Source of the DNA: an uncultured Clostridia bacterium
Lineage (GTDB): Bacteria; Bacillota; Clostridia; Christensenellales; UBA1242
Assembly: GCA_944345705.1 (NCBI GenBank)
Contig: CALVML010000006.1
Coordinates: 2,202-66,201, forward strand
DNA: 64,000 bases
Reading direction: 5' to 3'
Part shown: in pieces, positions 38,665-46,268 of the stretch
Layout of the letters: each line of letters begins with the position of its first letter
How positions within the stretch are numbered: position 1 is the first letter of the stretch
Made by a program: the position numbers and the translations under genes
Notes under the pieces: generated by a model
Told to the model about the DNA's origin: nothing
The model's input: the letters and a program-made list of their open reading frames with translations, nothing else
The model's database searches: none

Positions 38665-39834
38665 TTAACATAATTCAACATTGTAATCGTCATCAAAATA
38701 ATAGTTGTAGGTTGCAAGGTTTTGAGAATACTCATTTGCCTGTTCAATCTTTTCACCAGCAAAAGTATATTCAGTTGATTGAGATGTAGTTGTATATTTT
38801 CCTTCTTGAATATTGGCAATAATATCTTTAGGATTAACAGTAGATGCTTCTGCTCTTAAAGTGTATTTTTGGATACCATTATTTGTAATTTGATAAACTG
38901 TAATACTACTGTAATATATTCCATTATTTGCTACAGGAGTTCCGATACTGCACCAAATATCACCTTCAAGGGCGTTGTCAGCATCAATTGTTTGTATTAC
39001 AGTTTTGCCAAGGTCGGTGTTGTTTTCAATATCTTTCAAGGCAATTTCTGAATCTCTATAAGCAACAGAATAAGTAGCATCAGTTGCATTTCCTTTAATA
39101 ATATCTTGTACTGAATATGCTTGATTAAATGTTACTTTTCCAACTTTAAAATATCGAGTTGTGTCTGTATCATAGTATACTTTTACTTGTAATTCTTTTA
39201 TTTGATTATTATTGCTATTTGTAATCATCCATTCAGTGCTTGAAATATCATCAGCAGTGCCATTTCTTCCAATAAATTGTTTTGCTAAACTTTCCAAATG
39301 TGTTTCATTTAAGATTTGAGTAAACTCGTCAGCAAAATAGTTGATTTCGTCAACTTCGTCAACTTTGTCAATACTATCTGGAATGTCTTCATCACCAGGA
39401 TTTTCAGGATCGCCTGGATTTTCAGGATCATCTGGATCGGTAGGGTCAGAAGGGTCAGGATCGATAACAGGATCATCCGGATCAATGACAGGGTCATCAG
39501 GATCAATAACAGGGTCATCCGGATCAATAACAGGATCATCCGGATCAATAACAGGGTCATCAGGATCAATAACAGGGTCATCAGGATCAATAACAGGGTC
39601 ATCAGGTTCGTCTGGAAGAGGATTAACAATTCCTGGATCGTCTATGCTTGGATCGTCTTTATCAGGGTTACAACTTGATGTGCAACCTGCAAAGATAGAG
39701 ATAAGGCTTGCAATTAGAAGAACAGTAGCAATTTTAGCAAGTTTGTTTTTCTTGTGACTTTTTACAATGCCTCTATTTTTTTTCTTCTTTGTTTCAACTT
39801 TTGTTTCAACTTTTTCGAATTCGTTGTTTTCCAT
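38665..39834 (-). CDS. Lipoprotein with (DPDDPVI)x7 tandem repeat linker
   Basis: ATG 39834 lies 6 nt after AGGAGG. Lipobox SIFAGC. Seven heptad repeats, then a beta-rich C-terminal domain. Confidence 0.7.
   Translation of the reverse strand: MENNEFEKVETKVETKKKKNRGIVKSHKKNKLAKIATVLLIASLISIFAGCTSSCNPDKDDPSIDDPGIVNPLPDEPDDPVIDPDDPVIDPDDPVIDPDDPVIDPDDPVIDPDDPVIDPDDPVIDPDPSDPTDPDDPENPGDPENPGDEDIPDSIDKVDEVDEINYFADEFTQILNETHLESLAKQFIGRNGTADDISSTEWMITNSNNNQIKELQVKVYYDTDTTRYFKVGKVTFNQAYSVQDIIKGNATDATYSVAYRDSEIALKDIENNTDLGKTVIQTIDADNALEGDIWCSIGTPVANNGIYYSSITVYQITNNGIQKYTLRAEASTVNPKDIIANIQEGKYTTTSQSTEYTFAGEKIEQANEYSQNLATYNYYFDDDYNVELC
39457..39607 (-). repeat. In-frame 21-bp tandem repeat (about 7 copies)
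   Basis: GGATCAATAACAGGGTCATCA/C units on the + strand encode DPDDPVI on the - strand. Copies differ only at synonymous positions. Confidence 0.9.
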
Positions 39835-40049
39835 AAACAACCTCCTTAAATTTTTTTATTGCAATAACAAATGCATATTTCTACATTTATTATAGCAGAT
39901 ATAAATTAAATTTCAAGTGCTTTTTTAAAATTTGTCAAAATATTTTATGCTTTTACTCGCCATATTTGAATTTGGTTTAGTTTCTCCATCAATTCAAATT
40001 CTAATGTGTAAATATAGTTAATTTCATGCTGTCGGTTTGAGTTTTGCAC

Positions 40050-40143
40050 GGGCTGGCGAATGGCACGTTTCGTACCTGAGCCTTGCCGTATGGCAAGGCG
40101 GGGCAGGTTTTTAGCTGGCTAAAAAGCTGCAATTCGCCAGCCC
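40050..40143. repeat. 94-nt GC-rich three-hairpin element closed by a perfect 12-bp inverted repeat
   Basis: GGGCTGGCGAAT (40050-40061) pairs with ATTCGCCAGCCC (40132-40143). Inner hairpins are GCCTTGCC-GTAT-GGCAAGGC and CAGGTTTTTAGC/GCTAAAAAGCTG. Lies in the divergent intergenic region before comEC. Confidence 0.55.
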
Positions 40144-40208
40144 AAAGTAAATACAACAAATTTGGCAAATCAATTGAAGAAAAAGCAAGAAAATGTTAAA
40201 ATACTAAA

Positions 40209-42317
40209 GTGAATATACAAAGGTTTGTCAATTTTCGATGGATATTCTATCCTTTTCTTGCCTGTCTATTTGGAGTGATTGTTGCGGGCAGGCTTTTTGC
40301 AAGTTCAATTGAAACCTTAATAATTGCGATTATATTTTTAAGTGTGCTGGCTGGTTTTCTTATATGGAAGAGGAAATACAAAATAATGCTCGCGTTATTT
40401 CTATCATGCTTCATAGGTTGCGGGTTATATTTTATAGGCTATTTTACTACAAAGCCGACTGACTATCAAGGGCAGGTGGCAGTCACTGGCAGAGTCAGTG
40501 ACAGCTTTGAAGAAAACGACTATGACTATGTTGTAATACTTGATAGTGTCACCATTGACGGCAAAGCGGAGAAGAACATAAAGGCATACATATCAAAGGG
40601 CGGACAAAAGGTATCAGTTGGAGACACCATTACATTTGAAAGTGAGATTGAGTCCGTTGATGTATTTACTCTCGGTTCATTCAATAGTGACTACTATAGA
40701 AACGGAGTTGGATACACAGCCGAGATTGCCAGCAAGGACCTTGTGATACTAGAAAGTGGGAAGGTGTGCATAGACGAGCAGATTCGCATGGCGATCAAAG
40801 AAAAGTTATATGAGAATATGACGCATGACAGTGCTTCTATTTCCTATGCTGTTCTTTTCGGCGACCAGTCGGGTATATCCTTTGAGATAAAGGGAGCCTA
40901 TCGCGATTCAGGCATAATTCATCTTTTAGCGGTATCCGGACTCAACATAAGTTTTTTAATAGCAATCATATTTGGTGGTCTAAAACTTTTAAAGTGCAAT
41001 AGATATGTAAATTTTGTTTTGACTTCCTTTATAATCATATTTTATTGTGTACTTTGTGGTATGACGCCGTCAGTCTTGCGAGCAGGGTTTATGGGTATCA
41101 TTATGATCATTGCCATGCTGTTTGGCAGGCGGTATGACTCACTCAATGCAATGGGCGTGGCTGGGTTTACAATACTTTTAATCAGTCCGCTTTCAGCCTT
41201 TGATGTAGGGTTTTTGATGTCTATTGCTTGCGTATGCGGAATAATATTGCTATATCCATTATTTTACAAATTTTTTGCCAAATTCTGTCCTAATTTAATT
41301 GCGCAGTACCTATCGATGTCTTTTTCGGCACAAGTGACCATATTGCCATTTTTGGCACTCTTTTCATCACAATTCAATCTTCTATTCTTTATGATCAATT
41401 TGATTGTTGTGCCACTTTTCTCGATTTTATATCCATTCCTTGTGTTTATGTCAGTGATAGTCTTTATCTTGCCATTTTTATCGCCACTTTTCAAACTTAT
41501 AGACTATGGTATGCAGCTTGTATTGATAATAGCAGGCATTTTTGCAAACTCATCACTTGTCGTCAACTTGTCGCCAATGTCGTTTGGAGTGATGTGCTTT
41601 TTCTTCCTGTTAATATTTGTGCTTGGGCAGTTTTTTATGGCAAAAAAGATAAGCAAGTGGGTGCTTTCTTGTGTGCTTATCATGGCGCTTTCGATAAACT
41701 ACGGCTTTTCCTATTTTGCTTCTAAAATGCAGGCGGGTGTATGCGTTTTGACAAGTTATGGCGATCAAGCGGTGATATTACAAAATACTTCAGGCGAAAG
41801 ATTGCTTGTTGGACAGACTTACATACTTTCTCGCTATATGAATAATCACAATGTCAAAAACTTTGATGGCTATGTTGCGTTTGAGTCTTTGACAAGCGGA
41901 CGCATTGAATACTTAAGTCAATACAATATCACAAGTTACATCGCACGCGAGGGTGACGAAAGCTATGGCAGCGTATTAGTAACGACCGAAAACGAACCTA
42001 TTAAACTTGGCGATTTTATCATATCTTATCTTGTCGTAGGGGATGATATTCTTGGAGTGCAAGTATATTTTGACGAAATAATGGTTTTTGTTGCAAATGA
42101 TGATGAAAGTGGATATAATATAGATTATTACAACTCTGTCTTTGACGCATTTCCGCCGTCACTCGTGGTGGCGGGCGAAAACGATATGCTTTGCAACGGA
42201 AATTACATATCATATTCAAGATATAAAAACGATTATTCGACCTTTGACTTTGCCTCTGATGGCAACCTGTATTTCAAACTTGATGGTCAATATTTCATTA
42301 TAAGGGGGCTTGATTGA
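40209..42317 (+). CDS. comEC: DNA internalization-related competence protein ComEC/Rec2
   Basis: DUF4131-like N-terminus and a competence domain with IIHLLAVSGLNISFL. The C-terminal domain lacks an HxHxDH motif. Confidence 0.85.
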   Translation: MNIQRFVNFRWIFYPFLACLFGVIVAGRLFASSIETLIIAIIFLSVLAGFLIWKRKYKIMLALFLSCFIGCGLYFIGYFTTKPTDYQGQVAVTGRVSDSFEENDYDYVVILDSVTIDGKAEKNIKAYISKGGQKVSVGDTITFESEIESVDVFTLGSFNSDYYRNGVGYTAEIASKDLVILESGKVCIDEQIRMAIKEKLYENMTHDSASISYAVLFGDQSGISFEIKGAYRDSGIIHLLAVSGLNISFLIAIIFGGLKLLKCNRYVNFVLTSFIIIFYCVLCGMTPSVLRAGFMGIIMIIAMLFGRRYDSLNAMGVAGFTILLISPLSAFDVGFLMSIACVCGIILLYPLFYKFFAKFCPNLIAQYLSMSFSAQVTILPFLALFSSQFNLLFFMINLIVVPLFSILYPFLVFMSVIVFILPFLSPLFKLIDYGMQLVLIIAGIFANSSLVVNLSPMSFGVMCFFFLLIFVLGQFFMAKKISKWVLSCVLIMALSINYGFSYFASKMQAGVCVLTSYGDQAVILQNTSGERLLVGQTYILSRYMNNHNVKNFDGYVAFESLTSGRIEYLSQYNITSYIAREGDESYGSVLVTTENEPIKLGDFIISYLVVGDDILGVQVYFDEIMVFVANDDESGYNIDYYNSVFDAFPPSLVVAGENDMLCNGNYISYSRYKNDYSTFDFASDGNLYFKLDGQYFIIRGLD

Positions 42318-43258
42318 AAACTTTAAAACAAAGACTAAAAAGCGGACTTGACAATTTCTATCTTCTTCAAGGCGAAGATAGTTATTTGTATGATAGGGCA
42401 CTTTCGATGATTAAAAAAGCTTGCAACATTTCCTTTCCTGATTTTAATTATCAGTTTTTTGACGATGAAAATTTTTCGGCAAACGCCCTTCGAGCAAGCC
42501 TCGAAAGTATGCCTTTCTCAGACGAAAAAAGATTGTCTGTTGTAAAAAACGTTGAAAAATTATCTGAAAACGACAAAAAAATCATCATATCCTATTGCGA
42601 AAATCCGCTTTCTTCAAGCGTGCTTGTGGTTTGCGACTATGCAAATAAATTTGATTTTTTAAAGCCCTATTCGCAGTTTGTAGATTGCAAACGCTTTGAT
42701 TATGCACTCGCAAAGGCAATTATTGTAAATGATTTCGCAAAATACAACAAGAAGATAAGCGAAGAGGCGATCACTGCTCTGTATGACAGTTGCAATGGCT
42801 ATCTTTCAAAGATTTCGCTTGAAATACAAAAAATATCCGCCTACCTTGGTGATGAGGAGTTTGTTACAAAACAGGTTGTCGACAACTTGACCAGCAAGGA
42901 TAGCGAATATATGGTTTTTGAACTTACTGAAAGTCTAGGCGCGAAGAAAACAAGTCGGGCAATCGAACTTTTAAACCTTATGCTTAAACAACAAGGACTT
43001 TTGGCTCTCATTACAAATCATTTTCGAAGACTATTTTTTATTTCCATTTCAGATCAAGACAACAAAACGCTTGCAAATCTTCTCGGTGTCAAGGAGTATG
43101 CAGTTGCCAAAATGCGCACGCAAGTTAAAAACTTTTCAAAAGTGCAACTTAAAAAGATCTATTCTCTCCTTGAAGAAGTTGATTATATGATAAAAAGTGG
43201 TGCAATGCTACAAGATACAGCATTAAATTATCTCGTCTTTTCAATACTTAATATATGA
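42314..43258 (+). CDS. holA: DNA polymerase III delta subunit HolA
   Basis: 314 aa. N-terminal ...FYLLQGEDSYLYDRAL... pattern and the conserved comEC-holA synteny. Start overlaps the comEC stop. Confidence 0.8.
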   Translation: MKTLKQRLKSGLDNFYLLQGEDSYLYDRALSMIKKACNISFPDFNYQFFDDENFSANALRASLESMPFSDEKRLSVVKNVEKLSENDKKIIISYCENPLSSSVLVVCDYANKFDFLKPYSQFVDCKRFDYALAKAIIVNDFAKYNKKISEEAITALYDSCNGYLSKISLEIQKISAYLGDEEFVTKQVVDNLTSKDSEYMVFELTESLGAKKTSRAIELLNLMLKQQGLLALITNHFRRLFFISISDQDNKTLANLLGVKEYAVAKMRTQVKNFSKVQLKKIYSLLEEVDYMIKSGAMLQDTALNYLVFSILNI

Positions 43259-43299
43259 TAAGGATATAACAAGGACAAAACTTAAATTACAATTTACAA

Positions 43300-43500
43300 A
43301 AATTCAGTGAAAATTTCATATAATATCTAGTCAGAATTTTTAAAAAAATCTAGTAAAATTTCAAGGAAAGTCTACCAAGTTTTAAATAAGAAATTGGCTC
43401 AGATTTTCAATTTGACTTTGCTCACTTAAATATAGAAATTTGTCAGATTTTAATTTATGTTTGGCTAGTTTTTAATAAGATAATTAGCCGTTTTTTCATA
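43300..43500 (+). repeat. Iteron-like array: about 8 degenerate direct repeats at roughly 21-22-bp spacing
   Basis: Recurrent (C)TAG/CAG-N-(A/T)TTTT(C/A)A cores at about 43309, 43335, 43355, 43377, 43402, 43445, 43466 and 43489. Confidence 0.5.
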
Positions 43501-44060
43501 AAAGCCTTATCAAGACTAATAAATTTATTTTTTCGAAATTAAGCAAACATAATTTAAAAATTTAAAACAGCATAGTTATGTTTTCATAACAATGTTATAT
43601 TTTTAGTTATTATTACCGAAAGAGAGTAGCTAAGTAACTTTTTCGAGCGCAAACTATTGCTTGTTTTCTTGTAGTTTGGTAATTCTTTGATATCTATTTG
43701 ACTTTACATAAAATCAAATTAAAACTAGCATAGTTATTAAAACATAATTATGCTAATTTTTAGATATGATTACTTTGATCTTTAAGTGCTTTAAGTATAT
43801 CTTTGCATGTATTTATTGTGAGAATATGATATTGTATTTTTAAGTAATCATAGATAATAATGCAGAAAAAAAATATCATTTGCTTTAATGTGCCGAGATT
43901 TTGAATATTTTGTGAAGCCGATCATGCATACTAATTCTGTTTTTTATTTTATCAAGTGTAGTTGAAAACTTACATAGTTATAAAAACATGACTATGTATA
44001 TCATTATCATCATCATTAAATGATTTTATAAACAATTTTAAAGCGTTGGAGGGTTAAATC

Positions 44061-44178
44061 GAAGTAAAACTTGCAAACTTATTTTGAAAAATATAGAGTT
44101 GAGAGAATTTATGAATTTAGTTTTTGACTCTACACAAAACTGATTTAAAACTTACATAGTTATGAAAACATAACTATG
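44061..44178 (+). repeat. About 118-bp direct repeat, copy 1
   Basis: GAAGTAAAACTTGCAAACTTATTTTGAAAAATATAGAGTTGAGAGAATTTATGAATTTAGTTTTTGACTC... ending in the palindrome. Near-identical copy at 44386-44502. Confidence 0.85.
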
Positions 44179-44385
44179 CTAGCTTTTAGTTATACTATGT
44201 TTTTTAGTTATGATTTCCGCAAGAGAGTGGTTAAGCCACTTTCTCGAGCGCAAGCTATTAACTGTTTTTGCTGGATAGTTATTAAAACATAACTATGTAA
44301 TATTATTAAATTTAATCTTTTAATGCACGAAATTTAATCTTTATTAAGCAAATTTGAAACGTTTTTTTGGTAGGGGGGGGGAACT

Positions 44386-44502
44386 GAAGTAAGCCCTGCA
44401 AACTTATTTTGAAAAATATGGAGTTGAGAGAATTTAAGAATTTAGTTTTTGACTTTACATAAAATCGATTAAAAGTAGCATAGTTATGAAAACATAACTA
44501 TG
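44386..44502 (+). repeat. About 118-bp direct repeat, copy 2 (preceded by a G9 tract at 44373-44381)
   Basis: GAAGTAAGCCCTGCAAACTTATTTTGAAAAATATGGAGTTGAGAGAATTTAAGAATTTAGTTTTTGACTT... ending in the palindrome. Confidence 0.85.
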
Positions 44503-44639
44503 TTACTTTTTTTATTTAGATATTTTGTTTTTAGTAATTTTGATGTAAGGTTTATCTATGGCAGTTAGTATGTAAAATTTCAAAAAAAGATATTGTTCGT
44601 ATAATATATTTGCTTTTTAATATGGATCTTTATTAAATT

Positions 44640-45018
44640 TATATTATCGGAAGCCGAACTTGCTTGCAAGGGTGAGGCTGATGGTTATACATACTATGTG
44701 ATGAGTATGCGTTAGCATACAAATTCGCCAGAATTTATAAAATTTTATGATAATAAAATTTTAACATCACTTAGTTTATATTATCGGAAGCCGAACTTGC
44801 TTGCAAGAGTGAGGCTGATGGTTATACATACTGTGTGATAAGTATGCGTTAGCATACAAATTCGCCAGAATTTATAAAATTTTATGATAATAAAATTTTA
44901 ACATCACATTGTTTATATTATCTGAAGTCGAACCAAGCGTGACGAAGTCGCATTTGAGTGAGACTGATGGTTATACATACTGTGATGGACATAATTTATT
45001 GTGTTTTTGCGTTTAGTA
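44640..45018 (+). repeat. Tandem array of a 137-bp structured repeat (2 full units + 1 divergent truncated unit)
   Basis: Units start with TATATTATCGG at 44640 and 44777 and with TATATTATCTG at 44914. Each unit holds hairpins CTTGC-TT-GCAAG, GTATGC-GTTA-GCATAC and TAAAATTTTAT..ATAAAATTTTA, within an ACTATGTGATG/CATCAC.TAGT closing repeat. Confidence 0.9.
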
Positions 45019-45066
45019 ATAACTTATAAGCCTTTCATAAATGTAGACATCGACATCAGTTTTCAT
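45013..45066 (-). CDS. Candidate 17-aa micro-ORF (MKTDVDVYIYERLISYY)
   Basis: ATG at 45066 lies 5 nt after AAAGGAGA, stop TAA at 45013-45015. Divergent from the XRE gene. No conservation evidence is available. Confidence 0.25.
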   Translation of the reverse strand: MKTDVDVYIYERLISYY

Positions 45067-45120
45067 ATTCATCTCCTTTTTGTTATTACCTATATCTAAT
45101 TATACATATTTTAAATATTT

Positions 45121-45148
45121 TTGCAAATAATTTCAATAGATGTAATAT
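45121..45148 (+). promoter_or_regulatory. Candidate promoter of the XRE gene
   Basis: TTGCAA (45121-45126), 16-nt spacer, TAATAT (45143-45148). Confidence 0.4.
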
Positions 45149-45183
45149 GCATACTTTAATTCTTAATAATGTAAAATAAATGC

Positions 45184-45507
45184 ATGAAAGAAATTGATAA
45201 AAAATACATAGGTCAAAGAATTGCAACTCTTAGAAATGCAAAAAAGATATCAGCTAGAAATATGAGTTTAGATTTAGGGCAGAGTAGTGAGTATATAAAT
45301 CAAATAGAAAACGGCAGGAATTTTCCGTCACTAGAGGGGCTTTTAAATATTTGCGAATATTTTAATATTTCTATTGCCGAATTTTTTGATGAACAAAATA
45401 CCTATCCTTTGCAATATAAACAACTGATTTCACAATTAAACAAGTTAGACAATAGTGAACTTGATCTCATCATCGAATTAGTAAAATTAATAACAAAAGA
45501 TAAATAG
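45184..45507 (+). CDS. XRE-family helix-turn-helix transcriptional regulator (107 aa)
   Basis: IGQRIATLRNAKKISARNMSLDLGQSSEYINQIENGRNFPSLEGLLNICEYFNISIAEFF is a classic HTH_3/Cro-C1 domain. Confidence 0.85.
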   Translation: MKEIDKKYIGQRIATLRNAKKISARNMSLDLGQSSEYINQIENGRNFPSLEGLLNICEYFNISIAEFFDEQNTYPLQYKQLISQLNKLDNSELDLIIELVKLITKDK

Positions 45508-45576
45508 ATAAAATAAAACAGATATTTGTTAGTTTTCAAATTAAAAATAATTAAAATAAAATCATTTTAAATTAAA

Positions 45577-45610
45577 AACAACATAGTTATTAAAACATAA
45601 CTATGTTGTT
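45577..45610 (+). terminator. Seventh palindrome copy acting as terminator of the XRE gene
   Basis: AACAACATAGTTAT-TAAA-ACATAACTATGTTGTT followed by TTTTGTTTT, about 70 nt after the stop codon. Confidence 0.65.
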
Positions 45611-45824
45611 TTTGTTTTATTAAGTTGTTTGATTTTTGACAGATAATGATTGATTTAGTGTATTTACAGTTACAAGTGGAACAATTTTTTAAATGTTCAA
45701 AAATAAATATTTTTGGTGAAATCAAAAGAAGTCGTCTTTAGGAGAATTCGATTTTGTCATAATTTGCCAGTTTTTTAGTTTTGCATTATTGTTTATTCAA
45801 AATGGATTTTTCTTTAAATATCTC

Positions 45825-45871
45825 TCTTACAATAGTAAGAATTGATTATTTTTTTTTTTACTATTGTGAGA
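45825..45871 (+). promoter_or_regulatory. Operator-like inverted repeat with a T11 tract upstream of the second XRE gene
   Basis: TCTTACAATAGTAA (45825-45838) pairs with TTACTATTGTGAGA (45858-45871) with one mismatch. T11 run at 45849-45859. Confidence 0.45.
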
Positions 45872-45881
45872 AAATAACGTC

Positions 45882-46088
45882 ATGAACAACAAATTTAAAG
45901 AAATTCTTAAATCATTAAGAATAGAAAACAATGTTACTCAGCCACAACTTGCTACCGCAATAGGAGTAAGCAATGGTTTAATAAGTCTATGGGAAAATGG
46001 CTTGCGTGAACCGACAATGTCGAATTTGATCGTGCTAGCCAAATTTTTTCATGTAAGCATAGACTATTTAGTTGGGCTTGAAGATTAA
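45882..46088 (+). CDS. XRE-family helix-turn-helix transcriptional regulator (68 aa)
   Basis: LKSLRIENNVTQPQLATAIGVSNGLISLWENGLREPTMSNLIVLAKFFHVSIDYLVG is an HTH_3 domain only. Confidence 0.85.
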   Translation: MNNKFKEILKSLRIENNVTQPQLATAIGVSNGLISLWENGLREPTMSNLIVLAKFFHVSIDYLVGLED

Positions 46089-46268
46089 GATGATTTCTGC
46101 ATACCTGTATTAAAACATTTTTATTAACATATATAACATTATCAAATTTTAAATCTTTTGATTTCAAATATATAATACCAAAAAAGAAAAGACAATGTCA
46201 AACCATTTCTTACATTTGTAAGAATTTTTTTATAATATTAAAAAGTGATAGGGGGGGGAATAATATAT

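Larger units (their letters stand above)
43571..44502. repeat. Six copies of the hairpin palindrome CATAGTTAT-N4-6-ATAACTATG
   Basis: Copies at about 43571-43600 (degenerate), 43726-43755, 43971-43998, 44155-44178, 44275-44296 and 44479-44502. Most are followed by a T run. Confidence 0.85.

Noticed and set aside
39316-39757. Two + strand ORFs (120 and 138 aa) with extreme low-complexity translations (RVIRINN... and GSSGSITG... repeats).
   Set aside because: They are antisense or shifted-frame shadows of the 21-bp tandem repeat inside the minus-strand lipoprotein gene, which has a lipobox, an RBS and a sensible domain layout.
43300-43500. Iteron-like repeats as the chromosomal origin oriC.
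   Set aside because: No DnaA-box cluster (TTATCCACA) and no dnaA/dnaN are nearby. The only perfect DnaA box seen (TGTGGATAA, 51062-51070) is a lone occurrence inside the der coding sequence.
44110-44145. 10-aa ORF (MNLVFDSTQN) inside the 118-bp direct repeat.
   Set aside because: The ATG is AAG in the second repeat copy and the stop position differs, so conservation is at the nucleotide or structure level, not protein-coding.
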